A stretch of 64,000 nucleotides of DNA from an uncultured Verrucomicrobiae bacterium. Its GTDB lineage: Bacteria; Verrucomicrobiota; Verrucomicrobiia; Chthoniobacterales; UBA10450. Both the position numbers and the translations under genes were made by a program. Below the pieces are notes generated by a model. The model made no database searches, was not told where the DNA came from, and saw only the letters and a list, made by a program, of their open reading frames with translations. Positions 40,956 to 55,101 of this stretch are shown in pieces (the first letter of the stretch is position 1; every line of letters begins with the position of its first letter). Location of the stretch: contig CAWFGO010000002.1 of assembly GCA_963815455.1 (NCBI GenBank), positions 64,001 to 128,000 on the forward strand. Reading direction: 5' to 3'.

Positions 40956-41093
40956 CCTCCCTATCGTTCCGAGCCCCGAATGTTTTCGGGGTCGAGGAAT
41001 CCCGTTGCGTAACCTTTAACTTAATTCCACGGGATCCTTCCCGCCTTCGCATAAAGCTACGGCGCGGCAGGCGACTTCGCTCAGGACGACAAA

Positions 41094-42302
41094 TTACTCA
41101 TCGTCATCTGCCGCGCCCAAGAGATCCTTAAACACCGGCTGCGGATTGCTCGGCAATTCTTCCACCTTTTGCAGCTTCTTTGTGATCGCGCGGGAGCGAA
41201 CATCGACGTCTTCCATTTTCCGCGCCGCTTGATCGAGCTTGTCTTTCACCGCGGATAGGGCATCGCCAAATTTTCCAAACTCGTTCTTCACCCCAGCGAG
41301 CAGGTTCCACACTTCGCTCGATCGCTTTTGAATTGCCAGGGTGCGAAAACCCATTTGCAAACTGTTGAGCAAGGCCACCAGCGTCGTTGGCCCCGCGAAA
41401 ACGACGCGACAATCGCGTTGCACCTGTTCCACCAGGCCTATGCGCCGAATCGCTTCCGCATAAAGCCCCTCCGTCGGTAAAAACATCAGCGCGAAATCGG
41501 TTGTGCGCGGCGGGTTGATATATTTCTGGCAAATATCTTTCGCGGATTTCTTCAGCTGTGTCTCCAGATTCTTCATTGCCTCGTCGACCGCGGGCAGATC
41601 GCCCTTCTCCTGCGCGCCGACCAATCGATGGTAATCTTCGATCGGAAACTTGGCGTCAATCGGCAGCCAGACCGGCGCGCCATTTTCGTCGCCCGGCAAT
41701 TTGATTGCGAACTCGACGTTCTCGCCGCTCTCTTCGCGCGTCTTCACGTTCCTTGCGAATTGATCGGACGTAAGCACTTGCTCGAGCAGATTGCCCAGTT
41801 GCACTTCGCCCCAGCCGCCGCGTGTTTTCACGTTGGCCAGCACTTTCTGGAGACCGCCGACATCACTCGCCAGTTGCTGCATCGCACCGAGACCTTGATG
41901 CACTTGTTCAAGCCGATCGCTTACGTGCTTAAACGCTTCTCCCAGTCTTTTCTCCAGGGTGCCTTGCAATTTTTCATCGACCGTCGCGCGCATCTTATCG
42001 ATCTGTCTGGCATTATCCTCCTGCAATTGCTTCAATCGAAGATCGACAATCGATCGCACCCCTTCGAGCGATTTCGTTAATTCTTCGCGCTGCGCTTTCG
42101 CCGCGCTGGCGTTCTCCTCCCGGCTGCGCGACATTTCCTCGCGCAGCATTCGCTCCTCGCGTTCCTGCGCGGTCTCGAGCAATCCGATTTTTCTTAACAG
42201 CACGCTTTCATCGTTGTGACCGCGGCGCGCCAGCAAAAAACTGATCGCAACCAGAATCGCGCCGCCAATCAAACCTATCACAAGGTGAAGCTGCGGACTC
42301 AT
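41094..42302 (-). CDS. rmuC: DNA recombination protein RmuC
   Basis: KTRGGWGEVQL, PIDAKFP, MFLPTEGLYAE, GPTTL, LQMGFRTLAIQKRS. Confidence 0.93.
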   Translation of the reverse strand: MSPQLHLVIGLIGGAILVAISFLLARRGHNDESVLLRKIGLLETAQEREERMLREEMSRSREENASAAKAQREELTKSLEGVRSIVDLRLKQLQEDNARQIDKMRATVDEKLQGTLEKRLGEAFKHVSDRLEQVHQGLGAMQQLASDVGGLQKVLANVKTRGGWGEVQLGNLLEQVLTSDQFARNVKTREESGENVEFAIKLPGDENGAPVWLPIDAKFPIEDYHRLVGAQEKGDLPAVDEAMKNLETQLKKSAKDICQKYINPPRTTDFALMFLPTEGLYAEAIRRIGLVEQVQRDCRVVFAGPTTLVALLNSLQMGFRTLAIQKRSSEVWNLLAGVKNEFGKFGDALSAVKDKLDQAARKMEDVDVRSRAITKKLQKVEELPSNPQPVFKDLLGAADDDE

Positions 42303-42394
42303 GCGAGCGTAAGGTAGCACAACCGCCCCGCTTGTGATTACAAAGTCGCAATCCAGAGGCTTGAGCTACTCCCAACAGCGCACCTTCGTTCCCT

Positions 42395-42472
42395 ATACGC
42401 CGCGCGGCCCAATGCGGGGAATCCGAAAACCTCCGCGTAATGGTCCTCTGTCAGATTGTCGATCCAGCCGAA
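42395..42472 (-). pseudogene. Displaced diverged copy of the btuB 3' end
   Basis: FGWIDNLTEDHYAEVFGFPALGRAAY versus FGRIDNLTNEHYAEVLGFPSLGRAAY (21/26 aa). Confidence 0.85.
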
Positions 42473-42569
42473 ATCTGACAGGCAAAAGGGTTCAACTACG
42501 CTCGGTAGGCCATCTTTCGGTCCATCAGCGTAGCCGGCTAGGGAAGGCCTCTTCCTGACCGCCCTTTGA

Positions 42570-42980
42570 TCAGTGCGACGATGTGAGGTCTGGTCCGCGC
42601 GCAAATGGGCGGCGTCTCCACGTCGCAGTTGAGTGGGGCCATTTTAGCCAACCCAGCGCTTCGAGCGCTCGCAACATGACTTGGGCGCGGGTACAGAGGT
42701 GCAATCGGGCTAGAATCGACTCCACATGATGAGCCACGGTGCGAGAACTGACACCAATGATGATCGACAACTCCTCATTGGTCTTGCCGTGAGCAAGCCA
42801 AAAGGCAATTTCTGCCTGGCGACCAGTCAAACCGAGAGCTCTCAGAGCTGCAAGGTCGTCCGGCAAAGGACTGTCGCCATTACAACTGTTCGAATCGCTC
42901 ATGGTTGGCGGCGCAACGCCGAGAACGTGGCCGTTGTGGTCGCGGTGACCGTTTTGATTCTTGGTGAAGCCTACCTTCAT
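42570..42980 (-). CDS. LuxR-type HTH regulator (DNA-binding domain only)
   Basis: GLTGRQAEIAFWLAHGKTNEELSIIIGVSSRTVAHHVESI. Confidence 0.85.
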   Translation of the reverse strand: MKVGFTKNQNGHRDHNGHVLGVAPPTMSDSNSCNGDSPLPDDLAALRALGLTGRQAEIAFWLAHGKTNEELSIIIGVSSRTVAHHVESILARLHLCTRAQVMLRALEALGWLKWPHSTATWRRRPFARGPDLTSSH

Positions 42981-42989
42981 CGAATCCCG

Positions 42990-45668
<2,679 letters not shown>

Positions 45669-45688
45669 ATGGGTCTCCACCAGCTAAC

Positions 45689-45715
45689 CGCGCCATTTGC
45701 CGGCGAAAACGGACA
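45689..45715 (-). promoter_or_regulatory. Putative ECF promoter
   Basis: TGTCC-N18-CGCG upstream of the secreted protein gene. Confidence 0.5.
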
Positions 45716-45769
45716 GTCCTCGAAAGTACTTCCGCTTTTTTCTGTAAAAGGTTAAAATCGGCCTAGCAA

Positions 45770-46345
45770 ATGAGCGCGCTCCCCGCACAAGAAGTCACCC
45801 AAATCCTCCAGGAATGGAGTCAAGGGGACCAAGACGCGCCCAACCGGCTTATGCCGCTGGTGTATGAAGATCTGCGCCGGCGGGCCGCGGAATATCTACG
45901 GCGCGAACGGCCAGACCACACCCTGCAAGCAACCGCGCTGGTGCACGAAGCGTACTTGAAACTGGTCGATCAAACCCGCGCGAATTGGAAAGACCGGGCG
46001 CACTTTGCCAGCGTCGCTGCCAAACTGATGCGGCGCATCCTTGTCCAGCATGCCCGCGACCACAACCGGGAGAAACGCAGCGGCAAATGGGAAAAAGTCT
46101 ATCTCGATGAAACGAGGGAGCTGGCCTGTGAGCGGTCGCTCGACCTTATCGCCGTAGACGATGCGTTGAAAAATTTTGCCACCACTTATCCGCGTGAAGG
46201 CACGGTAGTGGAATTGAAATTTTTCGGCGGCCTCGAGGCCAAGGAAATCGCCGAAGTGCTGGATGTCTCCTCTAAAACCGTTTTACGCGATTGGAATTTT
46301 GCCAAGCTCTGGCTCCGCCGGGAGCTCACCGGAAACGCGGCGTGA
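45770..46345 (+). CDS. ECF sigma factor, TIGR02999/ECF43-like
   Basis: LMPLVYEDLRRRA, HTLQATALVHEAYLKL, VELKFFGGL, TVLRDWNFAKLWL. Confidence 0.93.
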   Translation: MSALPAQEVTQILQEWSQGDQDAPNRLMPLVYEDLRRRAAEYLRRERPDHTLQATALVHEAYLKLVDQTRANWKDRAHFASVAAKLMRRILVQHARDHNREKRSGKWEKVYLDETRELACERSLDLIAVDDALKNFATTYPREGTVVELKFFGGLEAKEIAEVLDVSSKTVLRDWNFAKLWLRRELTGNAA

Positions 46346-46510
46346 GAAAGCGCCTTTGCGGAGAATGACCACGGATTACACGGATGGTCGCGGATGTTCT
46401 GAAAAAAACGATTTGAATTGAAGCAAGGTGGCGACTGATTTTCACAAATTAGAGAGACGAGTCTCTTCAGTATATATCCGTGTTGATCCGCGTAATCCGC
46501 GGTTAATCCA

Positions 46511-49067
46511 ATGACCTCGTCGGAGCGAGCAGAACGCCTTGCCGAACTTGTTAAATCCGCGATCGAGCGCGATCCGCGGGAATGGCCATCGTTTCTGGAC
46601 GACACATGTGGTTCCGACGCCGGCTTGCGGGCGGAAGTGGAGTCGCTGCTTAAACATCATCAAGCCGCGGATCAATTCATTGAAGAACCGGCCCTGCATC
46701 TTGCCGCCGAATCCTTCGTGCGCGATACCGGCGCCTACCGGGCCGGACAAATAATTGGTGATTACGAAATTCTGTCGCTCATCGGCAGTGGCGGAATGGG
46801 CGAAGTTTATCTCGCGCAGGATCGACAACTGCATCGCAAAGCCGCGCTCAAGCTCATTCGCCGTGGAATGGACTCGGACGATATCATTCGTCACTTCCAA
46901 CGCGAAGAGCGTCTCCTGGCCGGTCTTAATCATCCGAATATCTCTCAGCTCTACGGCGGCGGCGTGACCGCCGATGGGATTCCGTTTTTCGCCATGGAAT
47001 ATGTCGAGGGCGAGCGACTGGATCAGTATTGCAATGAGCGCCAGCTTGCAACCGAGGAGCGACTCCAACTCTTTCGCAAGGTTTGCTCAGCCGTCACTTA
47101 CGCGCACCAGCACCTGGTCATTCACCGCGACATCAAACCAGCGAACATTCGCGTCACCGCCGAGGGCGAACCGAAGCTGCTCGACTTCGGCATTGCGAAA
47201 CTTCTGGACTCGGAGAGCGCGCAAAGCAGCGGCCAGACTCTCACGCTCCAGGGCGTAATGACACCTGAGTACGCCAGCCCGGAACAAGTTGCCGGCGGAA
47301 GCATGACGACGGCGAGCGATGTCTATAGTCTCGGCGTTGTTCTTTACGAACTGCTTACGGGACAGAAACCGTATCAAGATCGACAGTCGCACACCGACGA
47401 ACATCGCCCGCGCCATCACAGAACAAGAACCGTCCCGGCCGAGCACTGCAATTTCAACCGCAACATCCGGTTCACAATTCACACATCACGATTCACGATC
47501 TCTCCGCGGCGATCTCGACAACATCGTGCTCATGGCGATGCGCAAAGAATTTTCTCGCCGTTACGCCTCGGTCGCGCAGTTTTCCGAAGACATTCGTCGC
47601 CACCTCGAGGGGCTGCCCGTTATTGCGCGAAAGGACACTTGGAGTTATCGCGGCGGCAAATTTGTCAGACGAAACAAAATCGGCGTGGCCGCGGCGGTGC
47701 TCGTCGCTTTGACGCTGATCGGTGGCATCATCGCGACAGCCTGGCAGGCGAAGAGAGCTCTTGCTCAAGCGCGAATCGCAGCCGAGCAGCGTGACCGCGC
47801 GCAAAGACAAGCGGCCAAGGCGGAACGGGTGACCACGTTCGTGCAAAACGTGCTGGGCTTTTCCGATCCGGGTTGGGCTTCGTCGAACCCGCAGAGAAAC
47901 CGGGACGCCACCATTGCAGAAGCTTTGATCGAAGCGGCTCGGCGCGCCGAGACGGAGTTGGCGGAGGAGCCGGAAGCGCTCGCGGCGGTCCACTTCACTA
48001 TTGGAAACACCTACAGAGTTCAAAGCAAGTTCCCTGAAGCCGAGCCTCATTTGCGGAAGGCATTGGAGATCCGGCGCCGCGTGCTCGGCGACAAACATCC
48101 GGAGACGGCGCAAAGCATGGTCGCCGTGGCCGAATGGTGTGTGCTCCGCGGTCAGCATAATCCTGAAGCGGACTCGCTCTACCGCGAGGCCATCCCAATC
48201 TTTCGTGCCGCACGTGATGCGAAATGGCTCGCCATCGCCCTTAACGATTATGGGGTCCTCAAGTCGAGCACCGGGGATTACGCGGCGGCCGAGACGCTCT
48301 TGCGTGAAGGCTTGGAAGTTTCTGCCGAATTGAGAGGCGTAGAGCGTGCGCCAAGAGCGATCATGTACAGCGCGCTGGGCGCGGCACGGTGTCAGCAAGG
48401 CGATTTCACCCAAGGCGCTGAGCTCCTGCAGAAATCAATTGATGAATTCCGCGCCTTGCCGGGGGAGCCGCGTTCGGAGCTGGCCTTCGCGCTTAGTACT
48501 CTCGGCAACGTTCGACTAATCCAGGGTGACTATGACACGGCTGAATCCTTTCTGCGGGAGGCGTTTGAGCTTTTTCGAAAAACGGTGGGCGAAAATCATC
48601 AATTCAGCGCCGGCCCGCTGATCATTCTGGCCGAGCTTTATTACAAGCGAGAGAACTACGAAAAGGCGCGGAGTGAAATTGAGCATGCGATGCAGATCCA
48701 GAAAAACGCGCTTCCGGCCGACCACATCGATCTCACCTGGTCACGTCTCACGCTGGGGAAGATTCTCACCCGAACCGGCGCTCTGGAAGCGGCCGAACGT
48801 TGCCTTAGAACCGTTTTGGAAAAGTTGGCCAAATTACTTCCACAGGACCACCCAAATGCGGCTGCGGCCCGAGGCGCGCTCGGCGAATGTCTAGTTCTGA
48901 AAAAGCACTACGCCGAAGCAGAGCCGCTTCTGCTCGATTGTCACAAGATCTTTCAAGCGCGCTTCGGTCCTGCCGATCCTCGAACCAAGACTGCGAAGGA
49001 GCGTCTCGTCAAACTTTACGAAGCCTGGGGAAAACCGGAGAGCGCGGCACCCTATCGCACTTCATAG
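46511..49067 (+). CDS. Membrane Ser/Thr kinase with TPR domain; frameshift near 47375
   Basis: GSGGMGEV, HRDIKPAN, DFGIAK, TPEYASPEQ, transmembrane helix, HP-type TPR repeats. Confidence 0.9.
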
Positions 49068-49082
49068 AACAGCGATTCGGGG

Positions 49083-51164
49083 CTAAAATCGTATCTTCAT
49101 TCCTCCGTAGGCCGCCCGCCCCAGAGACGGGAAACCAAGCACTTCCGCATAGTGTTCATTCGTTAGGTTATCGATTCGACCAAAAAGCGAGACATGCGGA
49201 TTGAAATCGTATTCCGCCGCGAAATTCACAAAGTTGTAATCTTCGATGTCGCGATTTGGCCCAAAGAAATTGGCGTTGATCTCTTCACGAGCATTCACCC
49301 ATTTGGCCGACAGCGTCGTGCGCAATCTGTTGCACCACAGATAGCTCGCCGACGCGTAGACCTCATTTCGTGGCCGGCGCGGCAGACGCGAGCCTTTCGG
49401 CGCGCCCACATCCGCCCCCGATGTTTTCTCGGTGTCGAGGTAAGTGTAGGCGCCGCTGAAAATGAGATTTGGGATCGGATTTGCCCGCAATTCCACTTCG
49501 ACCCCCTGCGTCTCGGCCGACCCAAGATTCAATGTCTCGAAAAGTCCGCTGAATCCGATGAGGTTCGACAAATCGTTATGAAAATAGGTCGCGCCGATCG
49601 TTATTTTCTTTTCCCAAAAACGCTGCTCGACGCCTGCATCCCAGCCCAGGCCCTCTTCCGGCTCGAGCGGCGGCAATGGCGCCATCGGATCCGGATTGAA
49701 CCGAAAGATCTTGTCCTGGCTGCTCGGCGGACTGAATCCTCTCGCCACGCTCGAATGCAGCGTCGTGTCGGTTTGGTCGATCTTGTAGCTGCCGGCAAGA
49801 CGGTAGGTCCATATGCCGCCAAACTGATTGAACGAATCGTGACGTCCGCCGGCGACCAGAATGAGCTCTTCCACCGGCTTGATCATGACCTGAAGGAATT
49901 CGCCGGTTTGTTTGGTGTGATCGCTCAGAAACGTTTCGCCAAAAAGCACGTGCGGACGCTCCTGTTCCGCATCCACCTCATTATAAAAGAACCCCGAAGT
50001 CAGAGTCAGCCACGATGCCGGATGCAGATCGTTCTGATAGTCGATCGTCTTGCGCGTGAACAACGCCCGCGTCGGGCCGACAAATCCGTCATCATTCGGA
50101 TCGTTGACCTGGCGTTCCTCGTCGTAACTGAAAATGAACCGATGATTCCACCAGTCTTCGATGTGAACATCGATATGCGGCGCGATCAGCCAGCGTTCGG
50201 TCAGGAAATTATCGCGAGGCCGGGGATCGGAAACGGTGTTTGGTAACCCGATATCGCTTAACGAATAGGTAAACAGCGTGCTGAATCGCAATGCCTCATT
50301 CGGACTGTATCCAACCTCACCGAGCACCGCGGTGTTGCGATACTGATTGTTCGGACGCGCGTTATCGGTATCGAGACGACTGACTCCCAGGGAATAATCC
50401 AGCTCGCCGGGCTCGCCGCCGGGCGAATCCGCTGGAATGGCAAACTTGCCGTCGCTGTGCAGCCATTCCCGAAATGTTCCATACGAACCGCCTTCACCCG
50501 CCAGCGTGATCCCCGGCGAACCATCTCCACGCTTGGTGAACATTTGAATCACCCCCGCCAGCGCCCGCGGCCCATAAATCGTACTTTGCGGGCCCCGCAC
50601 GACCTCGATGCGATCAATATCGTCGGTGGTAAAATCGGCGAAATTGAAGGCGCCCTGAAGCCCCTGGTTGATCGGAACGCCGTCCAGCAGGACCTGGGTA
50701 TGCTCGCTGCGCAACCCGCGCGTAAACACAGATGTGAGCTGGCCGGGCACCCCGGTTTGCACGACCGACAGACCCGGCACCTCCCGAAGCGCGTCACTTA
50801 CCCGTTCGATCTGCTTAACATCGAAATCCTGTGATGTGATCTCACTGACGCTGGAGGGCGATTGATCCAACGGAATCTCATTTCGGGTTGCTGAGACAAC
50901 AACTCGTGCCGCTTCCGCCTCCCCGTTGGCGTTCACCGATGCGGAACTCGCCTGGGCCAGGCGCGCGGAGGTAGCGATGAACAACATAAAAACCAGGAGC
51001 GCGACTTCTGAGAAGCGCACAGCCTGCCCGCCCGTGTGCGGGCGGCTCGCGTGCACTTTCCGGCGGCTCGCCGGAAAGAATGTGTTTGGCCAGCCGCCAA
51101 ACACGACACGCCGGCGGCGTGTGCTCCCCAGACAACAGAAACAAAATAACAGGCGATTTTGCAT
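49083..51164 (-). CDS. btuB: TonB-dependent receptor, probably the cobalamin transporter
   Basis: TonB box VVVSATR, plug ALREVPG/RIEVVRGPQS, C-terminal Phe; cobalamin riboswitch upstream. Confidence 0.85.
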   Translation of the reverse strand: MQNRLLFCFCCLGSTRRRRVVFGGWPNTFFPASRRKVHASRPHTGGQAVRFSEVALLVFMLFIATSARLAQASSASVNANGEAEAARVVVSATRNEIPLDQSPSSVSEITSQDFDVKQIERVSDALREVPGLSVVQTGVPGQLTSVFTRGLRSEHTQVLLDGVPINQGLQGAFNFADFTTDDIDRIEVVRGPQSTIYGPRALAGVIQMFTKRGDGSPGITLAGEGGSYGTFREWLHSDGKFAIPADSPGGEPGELDYSLGVSRLDTDNARPNNQYRNTAVLGEVGYSPNEALRFSTLFTYSLSDIGLPNTVSDPRPRDNFLTERWLIAPHIDVHIEDWWNHRFIFSYDEERQVNDPNDDGFVGPTRALFTRKTIDYQNDLHPASWLTLTSGFFYNEVDAEQERPHVLFGETFLSDHTKQTGEFLQVMIKPVEELILVAGGRHDSFNQFGGIWTYRLAGSYKIDQTDTTLHSSVARGFSPPSSQDKIFRFNPDPMAPLPPLEPEEGLGWDAGVEQRFWEKKITIGATYFHNDLSNLIGFSGLFETLNLGSAETQGVEVELRANPIPNLIFSGAYTYLDTEKTSGADVGAPKGSRLPRRPRNEVYASASYLWCNRLRTTLSAKWVNAREEINANFFGPNRDIEDYNFVNFAAEYDFNPHVSLFGRIDNLTNEHYAEVLGFPSLGRAAYGGMKIRF

Positions 51165-51354
51165 AACAAGTTTCCTCCAACTCCAGAGAGTCGGACTTGT
51201 TTGCTTCTTTGGTTCGACGGTCAGAGACCGCCGCTACAAAAAGCGCATCGCCCAGCTCTCATTCCTCTTTTTGCGAAGAAGTTTTTTCGCGGGCCCCAGC
51301 AGAAGGTCGACGGTCATAGACCGCCGCTACCGAAAACACACGAATGAGATGGAC

Positions 51355-51625
51355 CAGTCGAATATTCTGGCTCCTGGCATCTGGAGCGGTTGAGTGTTCT
51401 TGGTTGAGTGTTGAGAGAATCAAGAAAGCCTTTCGGCTGCACTCAACTCTCAACCCTCATCCCTCAACCATCTCCGCCCTTCTTCCCGCCTTCACCCCCG
51501 AATGCTTTCGGGGATTGGCCGTGGGAAGTTGTATCCAGTTACAGCAGCGCAACTGCTCCCGGTTTACACGGGATTTCTCGCGCCGATCCACTTTTTCAAG
51601 CTCGCAAAGAACTAGATCGACAACT
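51355..51625 (-). ncRNA. Cobalamin riboswitch
   Basis: GAAATCCCGTGTAAACCGGGAGCAGTTGCGCTGCTGTAA...GCCAAT...GTGAAGG...AGCCAGAATA with possible GTCGA/TCGAC P1; upstream of a TonB-dependent receptor. Confidence 0.75.
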
Positions 51626-51683
51626 AGCCGCCGCCGCTTCTCAGCTCAAGACAAATCTGATCAGTCGCGCTATAATTGCCGCC

Positions 51684-52643
51684 GTGCTCTCAACTAATCC
51701 CAAACCGAACCTGGTCGTCACCGGTGGCGCCGGCTTCATCGGCTCCAATCTTACGCTGGCGCTGCAAGAGCGATTCCCAGGCGCGCGCCTGACGGTGATC
51801 GACGATTTCCGTTCCGGCGACTTTAAGAACCTCGCCGGCTACACTGGCGATTTCGTGGCCCAAAACCTGGCCACGTTCGATTGGCGCGAACAATTCGGCG
51901 ATCCGGCAGCTGCCGGATTCGACGCGATTTTCCATCTGGCATCGATCACCGATACAACTAATCACGATCAGTTGGAACAAACACATGACAACGTCGAGAG
52001 CTTCCGGCGCATTCTGAATTTTGCGCGGTCAACCCAGACGCGAATCATTTACGCCTCGTCTGCTTCCATTTATGGCGCCGCCAGCGATCCCAGTGCCGAA
52101 TCGAACGGCGCGGCCCCGGCAAACATTTATGCGTTTTCGAAAGCGATCATGGACAACATCGCGATGCGGGAAGCCAGCGAGAATCCCGAATGGATAATTG
52201 TTGGCCTGCGTTACTTCAACGTCTACGGACCGCGCGAAGCGCACAAGGGCGTGCCCGCGAGTATGGTTTATCATCTCGCCCAACAAATGAAAGCCGGTCG
52301 GCGGCCGCGCATTTTCAAACAAGGCGATCAAAAACGCGATTTTGTGTATGTGAAAGACGTGGTCGAAGGAAGCATTCGCGCGCTCAATGCCGAGACCAGC
52401 GGAATTTACAATCTCGGCTGCGGTCAGGCGCGCTCGTTTAACGAACTAGTTGACGTTCTAAATCGAACTTTGGGCACACATTTTCAGCCCGATTACATCG
52501 ACAATCCCCACGCTCACTATCAAAATTTTACGCAAGCTGATCTCACGAGGGTGCGGAGCGCGCTCGGCTACGAGCCACGATTTCCGCTCGAAGAGGGCGT
52601 GCGCGACTACATGCAGTGGCTGTACGGAGGTCAGGCTACCTAG
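51684..52643 (+). CDS. hldD: ADP-L-glycero-D-manno-heptose 6-epimerase
   Basis: VTGGAGFIGSNL, YASSAS, YAFSK, GLRYFNVYGPREAHKG, RDFVYVKD, YQNFTQAD. Confidence 0.88.
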   Translation: MLSTNPKPNLVVTGGAGFIGSNLTLALQERFPGARLTVIDDFRSGDFKNLAGYTGDFVAQNLATFDWREQFGDPAAAGFDAIFHLASITDTTNHDQLEQTHDNVESFRRILNFARSTQTRIIYASSASIYGAASDPSAESNGAAPANIYAFSKAIMDNIAMREASENPEWIIVGLRYFNVYGPREAHKGVPASMVYHLAQQMKAGRRPRIFKQGDQKRDFVYVKDVVEGSIRALNAETSGIYNLGCGQARSFNELVDVLNRTLGTHFQPDYIDNPHAHYQNFTQADLTRVRSALGYEPRFPLEEGVRDYMQWLYGGQAT

Positions 52644-52711
52644 CCTGACTCGGCCGACAGGCAGCTTGCCTGTCGAACTGGCGAACCCAAGTTCAGCAGG
52701 CTGGCAGCCTA

Positions 52712-53182
52712 TCATCCGGCCAGATCGCGAAACGCTTTTTCCGACATCTGGAGCTCGTGCCATTCATTGTCGATCTTTGCCCCGAGCCGTTCATAAAACT
52801 GGATGCTGCGATGGTTCCATTTCGCGACCCACCATTTGATCACGCCACAACCGGTCCGGATCGCTTCCTTCGCGACCGCTTTCATTAAAAGCTCGCCGAG
52901 CCCCTTGCTGCGGTGCGCCTTGGCAACATAAAGCTCCTTAATGATGATGTTCGGCCTCGCGCGGTATGTGAACGGAACAAAATGATAAACAAGGATCCCG
53001 ACCAGCTGGCCGTTCTCTTCGGCGACGAGACAATGGAAATCAGGCGGCGATTGGCGAAACCCTTGCTCGCGCAACGTCTCTTTCGTCACCGCGAAATCTT
53101 TGTCATATTTTTCGAACTCGGCCAGCTCACGCATGAGCGGAAGCAGATTGGGAACGTCGGCTTCGACTGCTTTTCTAATCAT
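52712..53182 (-). CDS. GNAT acetyltransferase (spermidine/spermine N-acetyltransferase-like)
   Basis: MRELAEFEK, ELYVAKAHRSKGLG, WNHRSIQFYERLGA. Confidence 0.9.
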   Translation of the reverse strand: MIRKAVEADVPNLLPLMRELAEFEKYDKDFAVTKETLREQGFRQSPPDFHCLVAEENGQLVGILVYHFVPFTYRARPNIIIKELYVAKAHRSKGLGELLMKAVAKEAIRTGCGVIKWWVAKWNHRSIQFYERLGAKIDNEWHELQMSEKAFRDLAG

Positions 53183-53339
53183 GGGAGCTACCATCTATGC
53201 AGCATTGTCATCCTGAGCGAAGTCGCCTGCCGCGCCGTAGCTTTATGCGAAGGCGGGAAGGATCCGCTGCGTTAGCTTTAAGGTTTCATCACGGGATTCC
53301 TCAACCCCGAAAACATTCGGGGCTCGGAATGACAGAAGA

Positions 53340-53750
53340 TCACCCTTCCCAGAAAAACTTCGTCGGGCGATTAATTTCCGGCGGCAGACTCTTGTGCACT
53401 GGGCAATTGAGCGCGGTCTGCTCCAGCGTCTGGCGATGCGGCGAACTTGCCGGCAACGGAATGTGAACCTCGGAAGGCAATCCGACGATCCGCCGCGGCG
53501 CGTCCTTCGACATCTCCTTCGTCACCGACACTTTCATTCCACGAAGATCGACGCCGAGCTCTTCCGCTTTGATTCCCATGGTGGTACTGATGCATGTCCC
53601 CAACGCGGTGGCCACCAGATCGGTCGGCGAAAACGCTTCGCCTTTGCCTTTGTTATCCGTCGGCGCATCGGTCGCGATCTTTGATTGGGAAGGCCCATGC
53701 GTGGCATCGCAATGCAAACCGCCGGTGTAACTCACATCAACTTTAACCAT
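53340..53750 (-). CDS. OsmC family protein
   Basis: TDAPTDNKGKGEAFSPTDLVATALGTC, CPVHKSL. Confidence 0.92.
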   Translation of the reverse strand: MVKVDVSYTGGLHCDATHGPSQSKIATDAPTDNKGKGEAFSPTDLVATALGTCISTTMGIKAEELGVDLRGMKVSVTKEMSKDAPRRIVGLPSEVHIPLPASSPHRQTLEQTALNCPVHKSLPPEINRPTKFFWEG

Positions 53751-53909
53751 TCGCGAATATGCGGCGCGTCGCTGAATTACGCAACGGGTGCTCACGTTGT
53801 CATCCTGAGCGGAGCGAAGGATCTCGCGACGGTCGATAGATCACGCGAATTCGGGTGCCGCTGGCTTCGACTGTGAGGTCCCTCGCTAGGCTCGGGATGA
53901 CAAGGCAGC

Positions 53910-54975
53910 CTAGTGCGAGATGATAGCCTTCTCTTGAATCTTATCCGCATGCTCCGCGAACGCGTCGTGAAAAATGCGGGTGAGTTCCCGATCGTGTAAA
54001 ATAATCATATCCGTATCGTGTTTTTTGATATCATCGTTCTGCCACGCTTCGTTCCACCAACAAAAGCCAATCACCGCCGGCCAACGATTGGATAACAAAT
54101 CCTGAAGCGCCTCTTTCGTCCAATGCACAGCATCCACATGGCGATTATGCAGATCGCAACCGAACTCCGCGACGATCACGGGCTTACCCGACGCGATTTT
54201 CGTGAGCCGCGGATAGGCTTTGGACATCTTGAATCGGAAACTTTCGGTGCCATCGCCCATGGTCGGCGTAGTCGGACCGTAAACACTGAGCGCAACCCAA
54301 TCACAATAGCTTCCGCCCGGAAAATAATTCTCGAACGCGTTCCATTTTCGCTCGCGGCTCATCCCACCAGTTGACGTGCCAGATCCATTGCAAATTACTT
54401 GCGCCTTCCGCGCGCATGAGATCGACAATGTGCCGATAAGCGGAAACGTAACGGCGCGGTCCCTCGCCCGGGCCGCCATTCCATTTCCCGTTCCAACTGA
54501 ACCAATCTCCGTTCGGCTCAGTCCCCCATTCGATGAGAATTGGCGAACCAAATTTCTTCGCCTCCCTAGCCCACTCGCGAAGATCGACATCGAATTCGCC
54601 GTCGATGATCTTTTCCAGAGTGAATTTCTTCTCGGAACGCTTTTGATCGACACCGGAGCGCAACATTAGGCGCACATACGGAATCTTGCCGAGATCGCGG
54701 ATCCAGTGGCACATCGGTGCCGGAAATTTTCGCGATTCGAACCAATTATCGGAAAAATAAATCCAGGCGACATGTTGGCCGACCGCGTTCTCGTAACGCG
54801 CGACATCTGCCGGCGTGACATCATGCTCGGTCGGATCATGTTCGTCCGTGCCGGCGCCGCCCCAATAAAATCCGTGATAAAGTTTGCCCGGAGGCGGAGA
54901 GATGCGCAGCGGTTGTGCATAGGCCTGCGCGATACAGCAGAGCGCAAGCAACGATCGAATTAGCGATTCTTTCAT
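53910..54975 (-). CDS. GH26-like glycoside hydrolase; frameshift near 54346
   Basis: IIDGEFD, EWGTEPNGDWFSW, WIWHVN, YFPGGSYCDWVALSVY, KPVIVAEFG. Confidence 0.8.
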
Positions 54976-54982
54976 CCTTCTG

Positions 54983-55053
54983 TAGCGGCGGTCTCTGACC
55001 GTCGCTCGAAACCCCAGAAAGGAAACAGTACGACGGTCACAGATCGCCGCTAC
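54983..55053. repeat. GTAGCGGCGGTC-family REP doublet
   Basis: gtagcggcggtctctgaccgtc...gacggtcacagatcgccgctac; copies at 51216-51237 and about 51309-51330. Confidence 0.8.
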
Positions 55054-55101
55054 AAATTCGCGGGTGGCTTGCGACGAATTCGTTTCGCGATAGCCTTAAA
55101 T

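Noticed and set aside
51408..51683. N-terminal extension of the hldD ORF
   Set aside because: It overlaps the riboswitch on the opposite strand; GTG 51684 after TATAAT fits the family N-terminus
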